This document shows, piece by piece, positions 1-9,730 of a stretch of 64,000 nt of DNA. The notes beneath the pieces are model-generated. The model worked only from the letters and a program-made list of their open reading frames with translations, was not told the DNA's origin and did not search any database. This DNA is from an uncultured Acidobacteriota bacterium. Lineage in GTDB: Bacteria; Acidobacteriota; Thermoanaerobaculia; Multivoradales; JAGPDF01. Where the stretch lies: NCBI GenBank assembly GCA_963700315.1, contig CAVOXC010000017.1, forward strand, positions 28,062-92,061, read 5' to 3'. Numbering within the stretch: position 1 is the first letter of the stretch; each line of letters starts with the position of its first letter. A program made the translations under genes and the position numbers.

Positions 1-870
1 CGTGCCGTACTCGGTGCTGACCCCGAAGCCGTAGTTGCGCTCCCAGACGAGGCTTCCCTCGAGGTCGTATTTCAGCAGCCAGATATCGGTGCTGGTGGCG
101 GGGGAGTAGAAGCCGCCCGTGAGATAGAAGTGCCCATCCCCCGTCAGCTTCACCCACGTGGTGGTGTTACCGAAGCCCTCGATGACCCACTGACGGACTC
201 CGTCCGTGTCGTAGAGCACCGTGATGAAGCCCCCGCTCAGTCCTCCTCCGTTGATGATCAGGTGTCCCTGGGCATCGAGGTCCATCGAATTGGGAGTGTG
301 GAAGCCCGAGTTCTGATCGAAGGTGTCGACCCACAACCTCGTTCCGTCGGGGGCGTACTTGATGGTGACGAAGTCGTAGGTACCAGACCAGGTCCGGCCC
401 GCGACGTAGATGTTGCCGTCGGCATCCGAGATTCCCCGTACGGCGAAGGCCCATGTTCCCGGATAGGTATCGCTCCAGAGGAGGTTTCCAGCGCTGTTGT
501 ACTTGATCGTCAGGAGCCCGACCTGCACGGGGTTGCTGGAGAACGTCTGGGGATAACCCGTAACGACGACGTTGTCGAACGGATCCACCAGAACCCAGGT
601 TGCGACCGCCTGGAGGTCGGGGACCGAGTAGTGCTCTTCCCAGAGCAGGTTGCCGTCCGGGTCGTACTTCTTGGTCACGATGTACGAGCCGAAACGCCAG
701 CCGGTGACGACGACGTTCTCCTGGCTGTCCATCGCGACCATGCTGCCGTAGGGATAGCCGTTGGCGTCGGACTGGACCCAGGCTTCGGTCACGGTCTGGG
801 CGCCCGCGGGCGAGAGCCCGAGGACGACCGCGACGATCAGATTCCCGACCCAGCGCGAAGTCTCGTTCAT
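1..870 (-). CDS. Secreted SBBP-type beta-propeller repeat protein (3' end runs off window)
   Basis: Hand translation from ATG 870: MNETSRWVGNLIVAVVLGLSPAGAQ signal, then repeats 'DSQENVVVTG..KYDPDGNLLW', 'DADGNIYVAG..TIKYAPDGTRLW', 'LLKYDLEGSLVW'; not in ORF track because no stop inside window. Confidence 0.8.
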   Translation of the reverse strand, partial: MNETSRWVGNLIVAVVLGLSPAGAQTVTEAWVQSDANGYPYGSMVAMDSQENVVVTGWRFGSYIVTKKYDPDGNLLWEEHYSVPDLQAVATWVLVDPFDNVVVTGYPQTFSSNPVQVGLLTIKYNSAGNLLWSDTYPGTWAFAVRGISDADGNIYVAGRTWSGTYDFVTIKYAPDGTRLWVDTFDQNSGFHTPNSMDLDAQGHLIINGGGLSGGFITVLYDTDGVRQWVIEGFGNTTTWVKLTGDGHFYLTGGFYSPATSTDIWLLKYDLEGSLVWERNYGFGVSTEYGT

Positions 871-1155
871 CGCCTGCCCTCCCGACGGTCCTGGGCCGTG
901 AACCCGGGGCCTTGTTTCAATGAGACAGCAGGCCGGCGCACCCGGAACGCCCCGTGATCGACGGTTTCTCGAGCGACGGCATTCGGGACGCCCCGGTCGC
1001 ACACCCTTGCGTCACCGTATAGGCAATTGCTCTTCGTCGCCAGCGAACAACGCCACCGGATCGGCGGTCAAGGGGACGGGTAACGGCACAGCGATCGGAA
1101 TAGGTGCGAAGAGGTGCCCGGCGCTTGGTAAGTCCTTGACGATGCGAAGGTTGCG

Positions 1156-1170
1156 AGGTAGCTGGCACCT
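1156..1170 (+). repeat. Dispersed 15-bp palindromic motif copy (AGGTAGCTGGCACCT)
   Basis: One mismatch to consensus AGGTGGCTGGCACCT; intergenic. Confidence 0.7.
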
Positions 1171-1194
1171 GTCGCACCTGGCCCGCGCGAGTGG

Positions 1195-1902
1195 TCAGGG
1201 CGCAGGTGGAGGGCTCGGCGGCGCGGCAGGGCGCGCTGGCGTCGCTGGTGCCGCGGGCGCTGCCGGCGCGGCCTCCGCGGCGGGCGCCGGCTGCGGCGGG
1301 TTGATCATGATGTGGGCGCCGGCGGTGCCGGGGAACATCAGCCAGGGGCCGCCCGGGCTCGCGGGGGAGAGCGGGAGGCCGGTCGACTCTTCGGTCGCCC
1401 AGGGTGTGTAGACGACGTAGCGCAGGTTGGCGTCGATCGCCGCGCCGGTGGCGGCATCGAAGCCCTTGCCGGAGAGGACGTAGAGCGTTGCGGGTGAGTC
1501 GGGCATCGCGAGCTTGCCTTCGTCCGCCTCGCGCCAGCGCTGCTGCATGCGCTCCTCGGCCGGGACGCCCGCCGCGTCGAGCTCGCGGCCGCGGCGCATG
1601 TAGGGCTCGAGCGAGCGGTGGTAGCAGGCGACGCTCCACCTCTCGTTGCCCGGTGCGTCGGCGATGCAGACGAGGTCGTTGCTCCCCGCGCGCAGCTCGC
1701 GCAGGACCACCTCTTCGCCCGCCGCGACGTAGCCGAGCACCTGGGCTTCGGCGCGCCGCTCCGCGGGCGCCGCGAGCAGCGCGCTCGCGATCTGCTCGTC
1801 GGCCGAGGGGAGCTCGGCCGCGCGCCCCCCGCCGGTGATCGTCAGCACGAGCGCAACGCCGAACGGAACCGCCATCCACCTGCTTCTCGTCGCCATCTTC
1901 AT
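1195..1902 (-). CDS. Secreted hypothetical protein with Pro/Ala-rich C-terminus
   Basis: Signal-like 'MAVPFGVALVLTITGGGRAAE', globular core ending 'PGGPWLMFPGTAGAHIMINPP'; start trimmed from ORF 1195..2226. Confidence 0.7.
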   Translation of the reverse strand: MKMATRSRWMAVPFGVALVLTITGGGRAAELPSADEQIASALLAAPAERRAEAQVLGYVAAGEEVVLRELRAGSNDLVCIADAPGNERWSVACYHRSLEPYMRRGRELDAAGVPAEERMQQRWREADEGKLAMPDSPATLYVLSGKGFDAATGAAIDANLRYVVYTPWATEESTGLPLSPASPGGPWLMFPGTAGAHIMINPPQPAPAAEAAPAAPAAPATPARPAAPPSPPPAP

Positions 1903-2020
1903 CGCTTGGCCTCCGTCGACTCGGGCGGGCAAGAGCCGCGGCGCTTGCCGCGACCTGCGCCCGGTCGGAAGATTCTCTCGTACCGCGGCCGGACGCGATA
2001 CCCGGAGGGCCGCGGCGCGC

Positions 2021-2032
2021 AGGTGCCAGCCG
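2021..2032 (-). repeat. Dispersed palindromic motif, partial copy (reverse orientation)
   Basis: AGGTGCCAGCCG on + strand = CGGCTGGCACCT on - strand; intergenic. Confidence 0.55.
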
Positions 2033-2134
2033 AATCGCGAGCGTCGAGTCGGAGACGGTTGCGGATCTCGCCGAGGAGCCGGGTGGCGGCGACCGCGGCC
2101 GCTAGGATCCGAGCGGGGAGGGGCGCGGCCGCGC

Positions 2135-2896
2135 TCAGCCGCCGCCGGCCAGCAGCGGCAGGTAGTCGGGGCGCTCGGAGATCGTGTTGTGGGTGGCGCC
2201 GGGCACGATGGCGAGCGACGCCACACCCGGGCGGAAGTGGTCGAGGAGCGACTCGGCGAGGCGCCGCGGCACGATCTCGTCGCGCCCGGCGACGATCAGC
2301 TGGGTGGGCGCCGTGACCTTTGGCGCGTCCCGCCAGGCGTCGTAGCGATCCAGCAGCAGCCAACGCACCGGGAAGATCGGGTAGTGGTGCGCGCCGACGT
2401 TGGCGAGGCTGTCGAAGGGCGTCACGAGGACGAGGCGGGAGACCGGGCGGCGGCTCGCCACGTGAGTGGCGACGGCCGCGCCGAGGCTGCGGCCGACCAC
2501 GACGACCTCCGGGTAGACCGCGTGCACGCGGTCGAAGAGCGCCAGCGCGTCGGCGTCGAGGGCCTCCTCCGAGGGCTCTCCCGTGCTCCGGCCGTAGCCG
2601 CGGTAGTGGAGCGCGAAGAGGGCGCGCTCGGGGAAGGCCCGGTCGAGCTCCGGCAGGGTCCAGGCGACCGCCTCGGCGTTGCCGCCGAAGTAGATCACCG
2701 CGCGCTGGCCCTGACGCGGCAGGACGGAGACCGCGAGCCGTGCGTCCGGCACCGCCAGCGTCTCGATCTCGCCGGCCCGCGCGTCCCAGCGCGGCGGCAG
2801 GTAGATCATCGAGCGCTGCGTGAAGTAGAGCAGGAGGCAGAGCCCGACGTAGAACGCCGAAGCTGTCGCCACCAGGCTCACGATCGTGCGTCGCAT
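2135..2896 (-). CDS. Alpha/beta hydrolase (ABHD12/13-like) with N-terminal TM helix
   Basis: 'YFGGNAE', 'HYRGYGRSTGEPSE', nucleophile elbow GRSLG, 'GRDEIVP', 'GATHN'. Confidence 0.88.
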   Translation of the reverse strand: MRRTIVSLVATASAFYVGLCLLLYFTQRSMIYLPPRWDARAGEIETLAVPDARLAVSVLPRQGQRAVIYFGGNAEAVAWTLPELDRAFPERALFALHYRGYGRSTGEPSEEALDADALALFDRVHAVYPEVVVVGRSLGAAVATHVASRRPVSRLVLVTPFDSLANVGAHHYPIFPVRWLLLDRYDAWRDAPKVTAPTQLIVAGRDEIVPRRLAESLLDHFRPGVASLAIVPGATHNTISERPDYLPLLAGGG

Positions 2897-2983
2897 CCGG
2901 TCACCGGGAAGCTCTCCCGCCCCGAGTGTAACCGCCCCTCCCTCTTCGGGAACCGGCACGGAGCCTGGGGCGGCGCGGGCGGC

Positions 2984-3319
2984 TCAGCCGAGGGGTCGGC
3001 CGGTCCCTTCCGGATCCGTGCCGTCGGCGCCGGGGCCATCGCCATCGCCGCAGTCGCCGGAGCCGATGTCGACCTGGAAAGCCGTGTTGAATGCAGCGCC
3101 CGACCCGAGCTGCACCGGTGTCGTGAGGAAGGCCGAGCCGGTCGAGCCTCCGACTGCGTCGGTCAGACGCAGGACGCCGCCCGTGCAGGTCGCCGAGCCG
3201 TTGAGCTGGAGCGCAGAGCAGTCGTTGCAGTTTGGAAAGTCGACGGCCTGCGGCGAGGCGGGCACCGCGGCGAGGGCGAAGAGCGACGCGACCGCGACGA
3301 GAGAGGAGCGGAAACGCAT
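2984..3319 (-). pseudogene. Truncated secreted L-type (legume) lectin-domain protein
   Basis: Signal peptide, then 'LQLNGSA..VLRLTDAVGGSTGSAFLTTPV..FNTAFQV..GADG', the N-half of a legume-lectin fold; stops shortly after GADG. Confidence 0.6.
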
Positions 3320-3516
3320 GGACGACCTCCGTGACAAGAAACCGGCCGCAGCCCCGCGTCCGGTCGCTGTTTCGTTCGAGGAGAGGACACCGAACGGGCA
3401 ACGCTGCCGTCGAGCCCTCCCTCGGGCTCCGGGAGCGCCGGGGGAGGTCACGGGCGCGGCGCGCGGTACCCGTCTCCGCCTTGATAGCCTCTGCGGGACG
3501 AGAAGGGAGGAGCCAC

Positions 3517-4464
3517 ATGGCGAAGAAGACCATCGCGGTGATCGGAGCGACCGGGCAGCAGGGGGGCGGGCTCGCCCGGGCGATCCTGGCGAATCCGAAG
3601 CAGGAGTTCGCGGCCCGGGCGGTGACGCGCCAACCCGACAGCGAGAAGGCGCGGGCGCTCGCCGCGGCGGGCGCCGAGGTCGTCGCCGGCGATCTCGACG
3701 ACCCCGCGAGCCTCGAGCGCGCCTTCGCCGGCGCCCACGGCGTCTACGCCGTGACGAACTACTGGGAGCACTTCTCGGTCGAGCGCGAGATGAAGCAGGC
3801 AGCGGCGATCGCGCGCGCGACGAAGAAGGCCGGGGTCGCGCACGTCGTCTGGTCGACGCTCGAGGACACGCGCGAGAAGCTCCCGCTCGACGACCCGCGG
3901 ATGCCGGTCCTGGGCGGGAAGTACAACGTGCCGCATTTCGACGGCAAAGGGGCCTCCGACGCCGTCTTCGAGCGCGAGGGCGCGCCCACGAGCTACCTGC
4001 TCGCGGCCTTCTACTGGGACAACTTCATCTACCTGGGCGCCGGACCGAAGCCGAACGACCAGGGCGTGCTGACCCTGACGCTGCCGCTCGGCGGCATCGC
4101 GCTGGCCGGGATCGCCTCCGCGGACGTCGGCGGCTGCGCGCTGGGCATCTTCCGCCGCGGTCCGGGAGCCGCCGGCGAGCGCTTCGGCATCTCGGGCGAG
4201 AACCTGACCGGCGAGGAGCTGGCGGCCGGGCTCTCGCGCGCCCTCGGCCGGAGAATCGACTTCTGGGACCCGCCCTTCGACACCTACCGCGGCTTCGGCT
4301 TCCCGGGCGCGGACGATCTGGGCAACATGTTCCAGTACCAGGCGATCCTGGGCGACGAGTTCCTCGCGACGCGCGACCCGGAGCTCGCGCGAGCGCTCCA
4401 CCCGGGCCTGAAGACCTACGAGGCCTGGCTCGCCGAGAACGCCGCCAAGATCCCGCTCGAGTAG
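3517..4464 (+). CDS. NmrA/HSCARG family NAD(P)-binding protein
   Basis: 'IAVIGATGQQGG', 'VPHFDGKG'; RBS GGAGG upstream of ATG 3517. Confidence 0.92.
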   Translation: MAKKTIAVIGATGQQGGGLARAILANPKQEFAARAVTRQPDSEKARALAAAGAEVVAGDLDDPASLERAFAGAHGVYAVTNYWEHFSVEREMKQAAAIARATKKAGVAHVVWSTLEDTREKLPLDDPRMPVLGGKYNVPHFDGKGASDAVFEREGAPTSYLLAAFYWDNFIYLGAGPKPNDQGVLTLTLPLGGIALAGIASADVGGCALGIFRRGPGAAGERFGISGENLTGEELAAGLSRALGRRIDFWDPPFDTYRGFGFPGADDLGNMFQYQAILGDEFLATRDPELARALHPGLKTYEAWLAENAAKIPLE

Positions 4465-4502
4465 CTCGGAAGCGGCGACTGGTACCGAGCCCGTCCCCGG
4501 AG

Positions 4503-5909
4503 TCAGCGGGTTTCGAAGGCGCCGCGGCTGGGCGGTGATGCGAAGCAGAAGCCGTCGAGGTCGCCCCAGCTCCAGGCGGTCGCCTGCCCGGTGCCGGCGG
4601 CGGGGCTCGCGGGGCCGATGCGGTAGCCGACGCCGAGCTGGGGGTCGACGCCGTAGAGGCCGCCGGTCTCGGTGACCGGGAGGCTGGGCTGTGACTGGGC
4701 GGGGTTGTCCCACGCGTACCAGAGGTTGCTCGCGAAGGTGAAGGTCTCCGGCGCGGTGTTCGGGCCGATGTTCAGGTGGGTCGAGAGCGCGCCGCGGTCG
4801 AAATAGACGAGGTTGTTGACGAAGACGCCGTCGCGGCAGGCCTCGAAGAGGTAGGGCGGCGAGCTGGTCGTCTCCTGGAGGATGCGCAGGATCCAGTTGT
4901 CGGGATCGACGATCGTGTTGTTCGCCACGACGCAGCCGACGCAACCGACGTAGGCGACGGCCGCGTCCGAGCCTTCGAAGACGTTGGCCACCACGCGCAG
5001 GTCGCGCGCCTCGGCGTTCGGTAGCGTCGTCGAGAGCGGCGGCCGGAAGAACTGGAAGCCGGTGCTGCCGCCGAGGTTCAAGCTGCGCGCGCCGGAGTCG
5101 ATGAAGCGGTTCCAGCGGATCTCGAGGTCGACGCTGCCGCCCTTGGATTGGATCGCGTTGGCCGAGAGGTCGTGGAAGAGGTTTCTGGCGAGCAGACCCT
5201 GGTGGCAACCGACGTGGTCGACGCCGCTGCCCGAGGAGCCGCCGCCGCAGAGCGCGAACTCCGAGAGCGCGACGGTGAAGTCGTTCAAGCCCGAGAGCTT
5301 GAGGCAGTCCTGGTTGCCGCCGGCGCCGATGTCGTGGATCCAGAGGTGGTGGAAGGTGAGGTGATGGGTCGCGAGCGGGTCGGCGTAGTCGCCGCCGTCG
5401 TCGGCGTTGATCCCATTCGCGGTCGCATTGCGCACCTCGAGGTCGTGGACCACCAGGTAGCTGCAGCGGGAGAGGTGCAGGCCCTCGCTGGCGCCTGCGA
5501 GCACCGGCCGCGGCTCGCCCGGCACGCCGCCGATCCAGATCGGCGCGGACTCCGTGCCGGCGAGGTCGGAGAGGAAGATGCCGCCGGCGTACGTGCCGGC
5601 ATGGACCCGGATGGCGCTGCCCGGCAGAGCGTCGTCCGCGGCTCTATCGATCGTCGCGTAGGGGTTCCCCGGAGTGCCGTCGCCGGTCGCGTCGTCGCCC
5701 GTGGTCGCGACGTGGATCTCGGTCGTCGGCGTAGCCCAGCGCCCGAAGGCCTCGAGCCGGTCGCACCGGGGTGGCACGACGGCGCTCCAATCGGCGCTGT
5801 CGCCCCACTCGAAGTCGCTCGAGAAAACAGCGTCCTGGGCCGACGCCGGGAGAGCTGCGAGGAGAATCCCCGCGATCGGCAGCGTGCGTCGAAGCGAGCT
5901 CGGCAGCAT
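4503..5909 (-). CDS. Secreted right-handed parallel beta-helix protein
   Basis: Signal peptide, 'IHVATTGDD..GDGTPGNPYATI..A..ALPGSAIRVHAGTY', Asn-ladder beta-helix repeats; N-terminal 'VFSSDFEWGDSADWS' motif. Confidence 0.82.
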   Translation of the reverse strand: MLPSSLRRTLPIAGILLAALPASAQDAVFSSDFEWGDSADWSAVVPPRCDRLEAFGRWATPTTEIHVATTGDDATGDGTPGNPYATIDRAADDALPGSAIRVHAGTYAGGIFLSDLAGTESAPIWIGGVPGEPRPVLAGASEGLHLSRCSYLVVHDLEVRNATANGINADDGGDYADPLATHHLTFHHLWIHDIGAGGNQDCLKLSGLNDFTVALSEFALCGGGSSGSGVDHVGCHQGLLARNLFHDLSANAIQSKGGSVDLEIRWNRFIDSGARSLNLGGSTGFQFFRPPLSTTLPNAEARDLRVVANVFEGSDAAVAYVGCVGCVVANNTIVDPDNWILRILQETTSSPPYLFEACRDGVFVNNLVYFDRGALSTHLNIGPNTAPETFTFASNLWYAWDNPAQSQPSLPVTETGGLYGVDPQLGVGYRIGPASPAAGTGQATAWSWGDLDGFCFASPPSRGAFETR

Positions 5910-6092
5910 GTCCGAGAAGCTAGTCCATTCGCCCCACCGAGCGCCATCGTGGACTGCGCAAGGGTGTGGCGGCGAGGGCTCTGGAGCTCGAAGTGGGCAG
6001 GACCTTCGTGGAGTACCCGCGCGCTCCGATGCCCCGCGCGGCGGTGACCTCACCCTCTTCGTTCTCCTTGGTCGCCGGCTTTCCAATCTCAG

Positions 6093-6893
6093 CTATGGCG
6101 CGATTCCGGTCGCAGCTCCCCGGAAGAAGTCCGACAGGGCCGCGTTGAACTCTTCGGGCGCTTCGAGGTTGCTGACGTGCCCGGCGTTGTCGAGCACGAC
6201 GAGGCGGGCGCCGCGGATCTTGCCCACCAGAGTCTGCGCGACGCTGGTGGGAAAGATCGCGTCGCCGCTGCCGGTGAGCACCAGGGACGGCAGGTCGAAG
6301 CCCGCGAGCGCCGGCGTGGTGTCGGTGCGGCCCTGCATCGCCGCGAGAGCGTTGGCCATGCCCGCGGGGTCGTTGCGGAGCATCTGCTCCTTCAGTGCGC
6401 GGCCGGTCGGGGAGTCGGGGCGCACCAGGAGCTTGGGCAGCAGACCCTCGACGAAGGCAGCGACCTCGCCGCCGTGCAGGGCGCGGATGCCGGCGGCGCG
6501 GCCGAGCTTGGCCTCGTCCGAGTCCGCCTCGGAGCGGGTGTCGCAGAGGGCGAGCGCCCAGAATCGCTCCGGCGCCCGTTCGACGGCGCGCAGCACGATG
6601 TAGCCCCCCATCGAGAGCCCGGCGAGCCCTGCTCGCGCGATGCCGAGCGCGTTCATCAGGGCGAGCAGATCGTCGACGTAGGCCTCCATGGGCTGGGGCG
6701 CCGGGCCGAGATCGCTCTCGCCCAGGCCGCGCAGGTCGTAGGTCACGACCCGGAAGCTCTGCGCGAGGGTGGCGAGCTGCCCGGCCCAGGTGGCGCGCGT
6801 GAAGGGGAAGCCGTGGACGAGGATGACCCAAGGGGCGCCGTCGCGGCCCTGGACGTCGTAGGCGATCTCGATTCCGTTGATCGGTCGGAGCAT
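6093..6893 (-). CDS. Alpha/beta hydrolase (3-oxoadipate enol-lactonase-like)
   Basis: 'LVHGFP', 'YDLRGLGES', GLSMGG, 'AGHVSNLEAPEEFN'. Confidence 0.88.
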   Translation of the reverse strand: MLRPINGIEIAYDVQGRDGAPWVILVHGFPFTRATWAGQLATLAQSFRVVTYDLRGLGESDLGPAPQPMEAYVDDLLALMNALGIARAGLAGLSMGGYIVLRAVERAPERFWALALCDTRSEADSDEAKLGRAAGIRALHGGEVAAFVEGLLPKLLVRPDSPTGRALKEQMLRNDPAGMANALAAMQGRTDTTPALAGFDLPSLVLTGSGDAIFPTSVAQTLVGKIRGARLVVLDNAGHVSNLEAPEEFNAALSDFFRGAATGIAP

Positions 6894-6940
6894 GTCGTCG
6901 ATCCTCTCAAAGGTCGCGCGCGCAGCATAGGAGCACGCCG

Positions 6941-7003
6941 AAGCGCCCGAGGCGAAACCCGTCTTCCTGATGCGTCTTTCAGGAGGCGGGCTTCGGGCGT
7001 TTT
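6941..7003. terminator. Long intergenic hairpin, possible terminator of the OmpA operon
   Basis: CGCCCGA...TCGGGCG outer stem and CCCGTCTTCCTGA...TCAGGAGGCGGG inner stem. Confidence 0.45.
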
Positions 7004-7056
7004 GACCCATCCCTCGCTGCGCTGCGGGGCACGACGACGAAAGCGATCGTCTCGCC

Positions 7057-7071
7057 AGGTGGCTGGCACCT
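7057..7071 (+). repeat. Dispersed 15-bp palindromic motif copy
   Basis: Exact AGGTGGCTGGCACCT just downstream of the OmpA gene stop. Confidence 0.8.
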
Positions 7072-7097
7072 CAGCGCCTCGATGCCGAGAGTCAGCC

Positions 7098-7829
7098 TCA
7101 GCCGGACTTGGCGATGATGATCTCGACGCGGCGGTTGCGCTGGCGGCCGGCGGCGGTGGCGTTGTCGGCGACGGGCTGGGTCTCGCCGCGGCCGGCGCTC
7201 TCGAGCCGGCTCGCGGCGACGCCGTGATTCGTGAGCCAGCGCGCGACCGACTGGGCGCGGCGTTCGGAGAGGCCCTGGTTGTAGTCGTCGGAGGCGATCG
7301 AATCGGTGTGCCCCTCGATGCGCGCGGGGCGCGGGGCGTAGGCGAGGAGCACCTGGGCGAGCTCCTCGAGCGTGCGCTCGGCGTCGGGGCGCAGGTCCGC
7401 GGAATCGAAGTCGAAGAGGATGGAGCCGGGCAGGCGGATGGTGATCTCCGTTTCGGTGATCTCGGCGCCGAGGCGGGTCAGGCGCTCGTCGACGCTCGTC
7501 GATTTCGCCGCGAGCTCGGTGGCGAGCCCGACGAGGCCGGAGGTGCGACCAAAGTCGAGCGTCGTGATCGTCATCTCGAGCTGCGACCTCTTGTCGCGGT
7601 TCCATTCGGCGGCGAGCACCGACTCGGCGAGGGCCTGGGCCCCGGCGGGCTCCGGGTCTTCCCAGGCGGCCGCCGCGGCGGCCTGCGACGCGCCCGCGCG
7701 GGAGGCGGACGGAGGTGGGACGGCTTGCGCCGAGCCCTCCGGGGCGCGCGCCGCCCGCTCGTTCTCGCTCCCGCCGCAGGCCGCGACGAGCGCCAGCGCC
7801 CAGCACGCGATCCAGCGCCGGAGCGACAA
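7098..7829 (-). CDS. OmpA-family peptidoglycan-binding lipoprotein
   Basis: Probable TTG start, lipobox 'LVAAC', 'LFDFDSADL', 'IEGHTD..YNQGLSERRAQSV', 'GRQRNRRVEI'. Confidence 0.88.
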   Translation of the reverse strand: MSLRRWIACWALALVAACGGSENERAARAPEGSAQAVPPPSASRAGASQAAAAAAWEDPEPAGAQALAESVLAAEWNRDKRSQLEMTITTLDFGRTSGLVGLATELAAKSTSVDERLTRLGAEITETEITIRLPGSILFDFDSADLRPDAERTLEELAQVLLAYAPRPARIEGHTDSIASDDYNQGLSERRAQSVARWLTNHGVAASRLESAGRGETQPVADNATAAGRQRNRRVEIIIAKSG

Positions 7830-7830
7830 C

Positions 7831-8307
7831 TTACTTATCCGTGATCGGCGCGGATTCGAAGGGCTCGGTGCCGTCGAACAGGACGGTGAGCTCCTTGACC
7901 GCCGGCGGCGGCGCGGGGAACTTCGCCCAGTAGCGGCGAATGCCACCCGGCTCGACGTTCTCGTATATGCCGTACACGCCGCCGCCGATCCCCTCGTGCA
8001 TCGACGCCACCGACTTGCCCTCCTTGTCGGTGAGCACGAAGTACTTCGTGCCGCTCTCCTCGTCGACAAGGTAGGTGCGCGCTTTCTCCCCCTGGTAGCC
8101 GAACTCGACCAGGGTCTTGCCCTTGCTCGCGTCCGTCTCGGTGTTGCGAATCGCCCATTTCACGGTGAGCACTCCGCCCTTGCGCTCGAGCGACACGAGG
8201 TCGAGCGTGATCCCACGGGTGTTGGTCTCCGCGCTACCGATCGGCAGCGAGAGGGCGGGCGCGGCGACGGCGAACGTCGCGAGCAACAGACCGGCGGCTC
8301 GAAGCAT
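7831..8307 (-). CDS. Secreted beta-sandwich (DUF4352-like) protein coupled to the OmpA gene
   Basis: Signal peptide, 'LERKGGVLTVKW', 'YLVDEESGTKYFVLTD', 'YWAKFPAPP'; RBS AAGGAGG; stop adjacent to the OmpA start. Confidence 0.7.
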   Translation of the reverse strand: MLRAAGLLLATFAVAAPALSLPIGSAETNTRGITLDLVSLERKGGVLTVKWAIRNTETDASKGKTLVEFGYQGEKARTYLVDEESGTKYFVLTDKEGKSVASMHEGIGGGVYGIYENVEPGGIRRYWAKFPAPPPAVKELTVLFDGTEPFESAPITDK

Positions 8308-8422
8308 GGCTGCCTCCTTGGGTGGAACGGCCGGATCCTAGTCCAATCGGGGCGGCAAGGGAATCGCGCCGGCTCACCTCGACCCCGCTCCGGCGCGCGT
8401 CCGAACGCGGCGCTGGGCTCGC

Positions 8423-9574
8423 TCAGGGGAGCGCGGCGCTCCAGGCGGAGCCGTCACCGCTCTCGAAGTCGTCGGCGAACAGGAAGGTCGCGTCGATCGC
8501 GGCGCGCAGCGCGTCGAGAAGGGCGAGATCGACGTAGACCGAGCCGGCAAAGCCTTCCGCGGCATCCATCGCGACGATGCCGCGCACTCTTCGCTTGACG
8601 TCGACCCACGGAAATGTGCCGAAGACGCCCGGGCTGGTGACTTCCTCGACCCGGCCGGTCGCGGGATCCTGCGCCAGGATCCACGCGCCGTGGCCGTAGT
8701 CGGGACGCTCGCCGTACGGATAGGGATAGGGTGGCCAGGCGCTGTCGTACTCGGGCAGGCCCAGGGTCTGGTTGGTGAGCCACTCCTGCACGCTCTCGGG
8801 GTCGAGATACCGCGAGCCGTCGTCGGCGCGGCCGTTGCGCAGCACCATGCGCAGGAAGTTCCGGTAGTCGGCCGCGGAGGTGCGCGCGCCGCCGGGGATG
8901 CAGGGGTTGACCGGCAGGAGCAAGTAGTCGAGGTTCGCGAGCCCGAGCGGTTGCGCCAGCTCCTCCTCGACCAGCGTGTGCCAGTCCTTGCCGGTCACGA
9001 CCTCCGCGATCCGGCCGACGACCTCCATGCCGTCGCCTTCGTAGGCGAGCTCGGTTCCGGGCGGGAAGACGATGGGCGTATGGACGGCGATGAGGCCGGC
9101 GGCCTGCGCCAGGGTAATGAAGGGCGCGGTCTCGTAGTCGACGACGGTCTCGTGCAGCCCCGACTTCATCGCGAAGCACTGGCGGATGGTGACGTCGCCC
9201 TTGCCGTAGAGGTCGAAGATGGGCAGGTAGTCGCCGATCCTGTCGTCGAGCTCGAAGAAGCCCTGCTCGACCAGCCGCAGAATGACCGCCGAAGAGAGCC
9301 ACTTGCTCGCCGAGCCCAGCCGCAGATGGGTATCCGCGCCAACGTCGCCGCCGCCCTGGTAGGTGAAGATCGGCGTGTCGTTCTGAAAGACCTCGACGAA
9401 GACGCCGCCGGCGTAGGCGGAGAGGTACGTGTCGAGCAAAGCGGTCGCGGCGGAGAAGTCATAGACCTGCGCCCGCGCCGGCGCCACGCCGGCGAGCCAG
9501 AACAGCGCGACGGCCAGGGCAGTGCGCAGGCCGAAGGAGAGTCGGAACCGTGCCATGCGACGTGAAACCCGCAT
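8423..9574 (-). CDS. Secreted serine hydrolase (beta-lactamase/class C-like family)
   Basis: SxxK 'SASK', 'FPPGTELAY', 'SPGVFGTFPWVD'; C-terminal 'FLFADDFESGDGSAWSAALP' tail; start may be 9556. Confidence 0.85.
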   Translation of the reverse strand: MRVSRRMARFRLSFGLRTALAVALFWLAGVAPARAQVYDFSAATALLDTYLSAYAGGVFVEVFQNDTPIFTYQGGGDVGADTHLRLGSASKWLSSAVILRLVEQGFFELDDRIGDYLPIFDLYGKGDVTIRQCFAMKSGLHETVVDYETAPFITLAQAAGLIAVHTPIVFPPGTELAYEGDGMEVVGRIAEVVTGKDWHTLVEEELAQPLGLANLDYLLLPVNPCIPGGARTSAADYRNFLRMVLRNGRADDGSRYLDPESVQEWLTNQTLGLPEYDSAWPPYPYPYGERPDYGHGAWILAQDPATGRVEEVTSPGVFGTFPWVDVKRRVRGIVAMDAAEGFAGSVYVDLALLDALRAAIDATFLFADDFESGDGSAWSAALP

Positions 9575-9730
9575 CAGCGCTCCATCCTGCGCCGGCTCGC
9601 CGGCCGAAGCGCCAATCCGAGCCCCGAGAATCGCCGAGACCTCCAGGCCGAGCGGGGAGTTGTCGAACCAGGTCGTTGGCACCTGTTCGGCGCGGCATCT
9701 CTGCGATTCGGCCCGGAAGGGGGGCCGCGT

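Noticed and set aside
960-1060. c-di-GMP-I riboswitch upstream of the SBBP gene (GCAA..GGTGACGCAAG on - strand)
   Set aside because: The P2 stem is too short, lacks a GNRA loop and has no convincing P1/P3.
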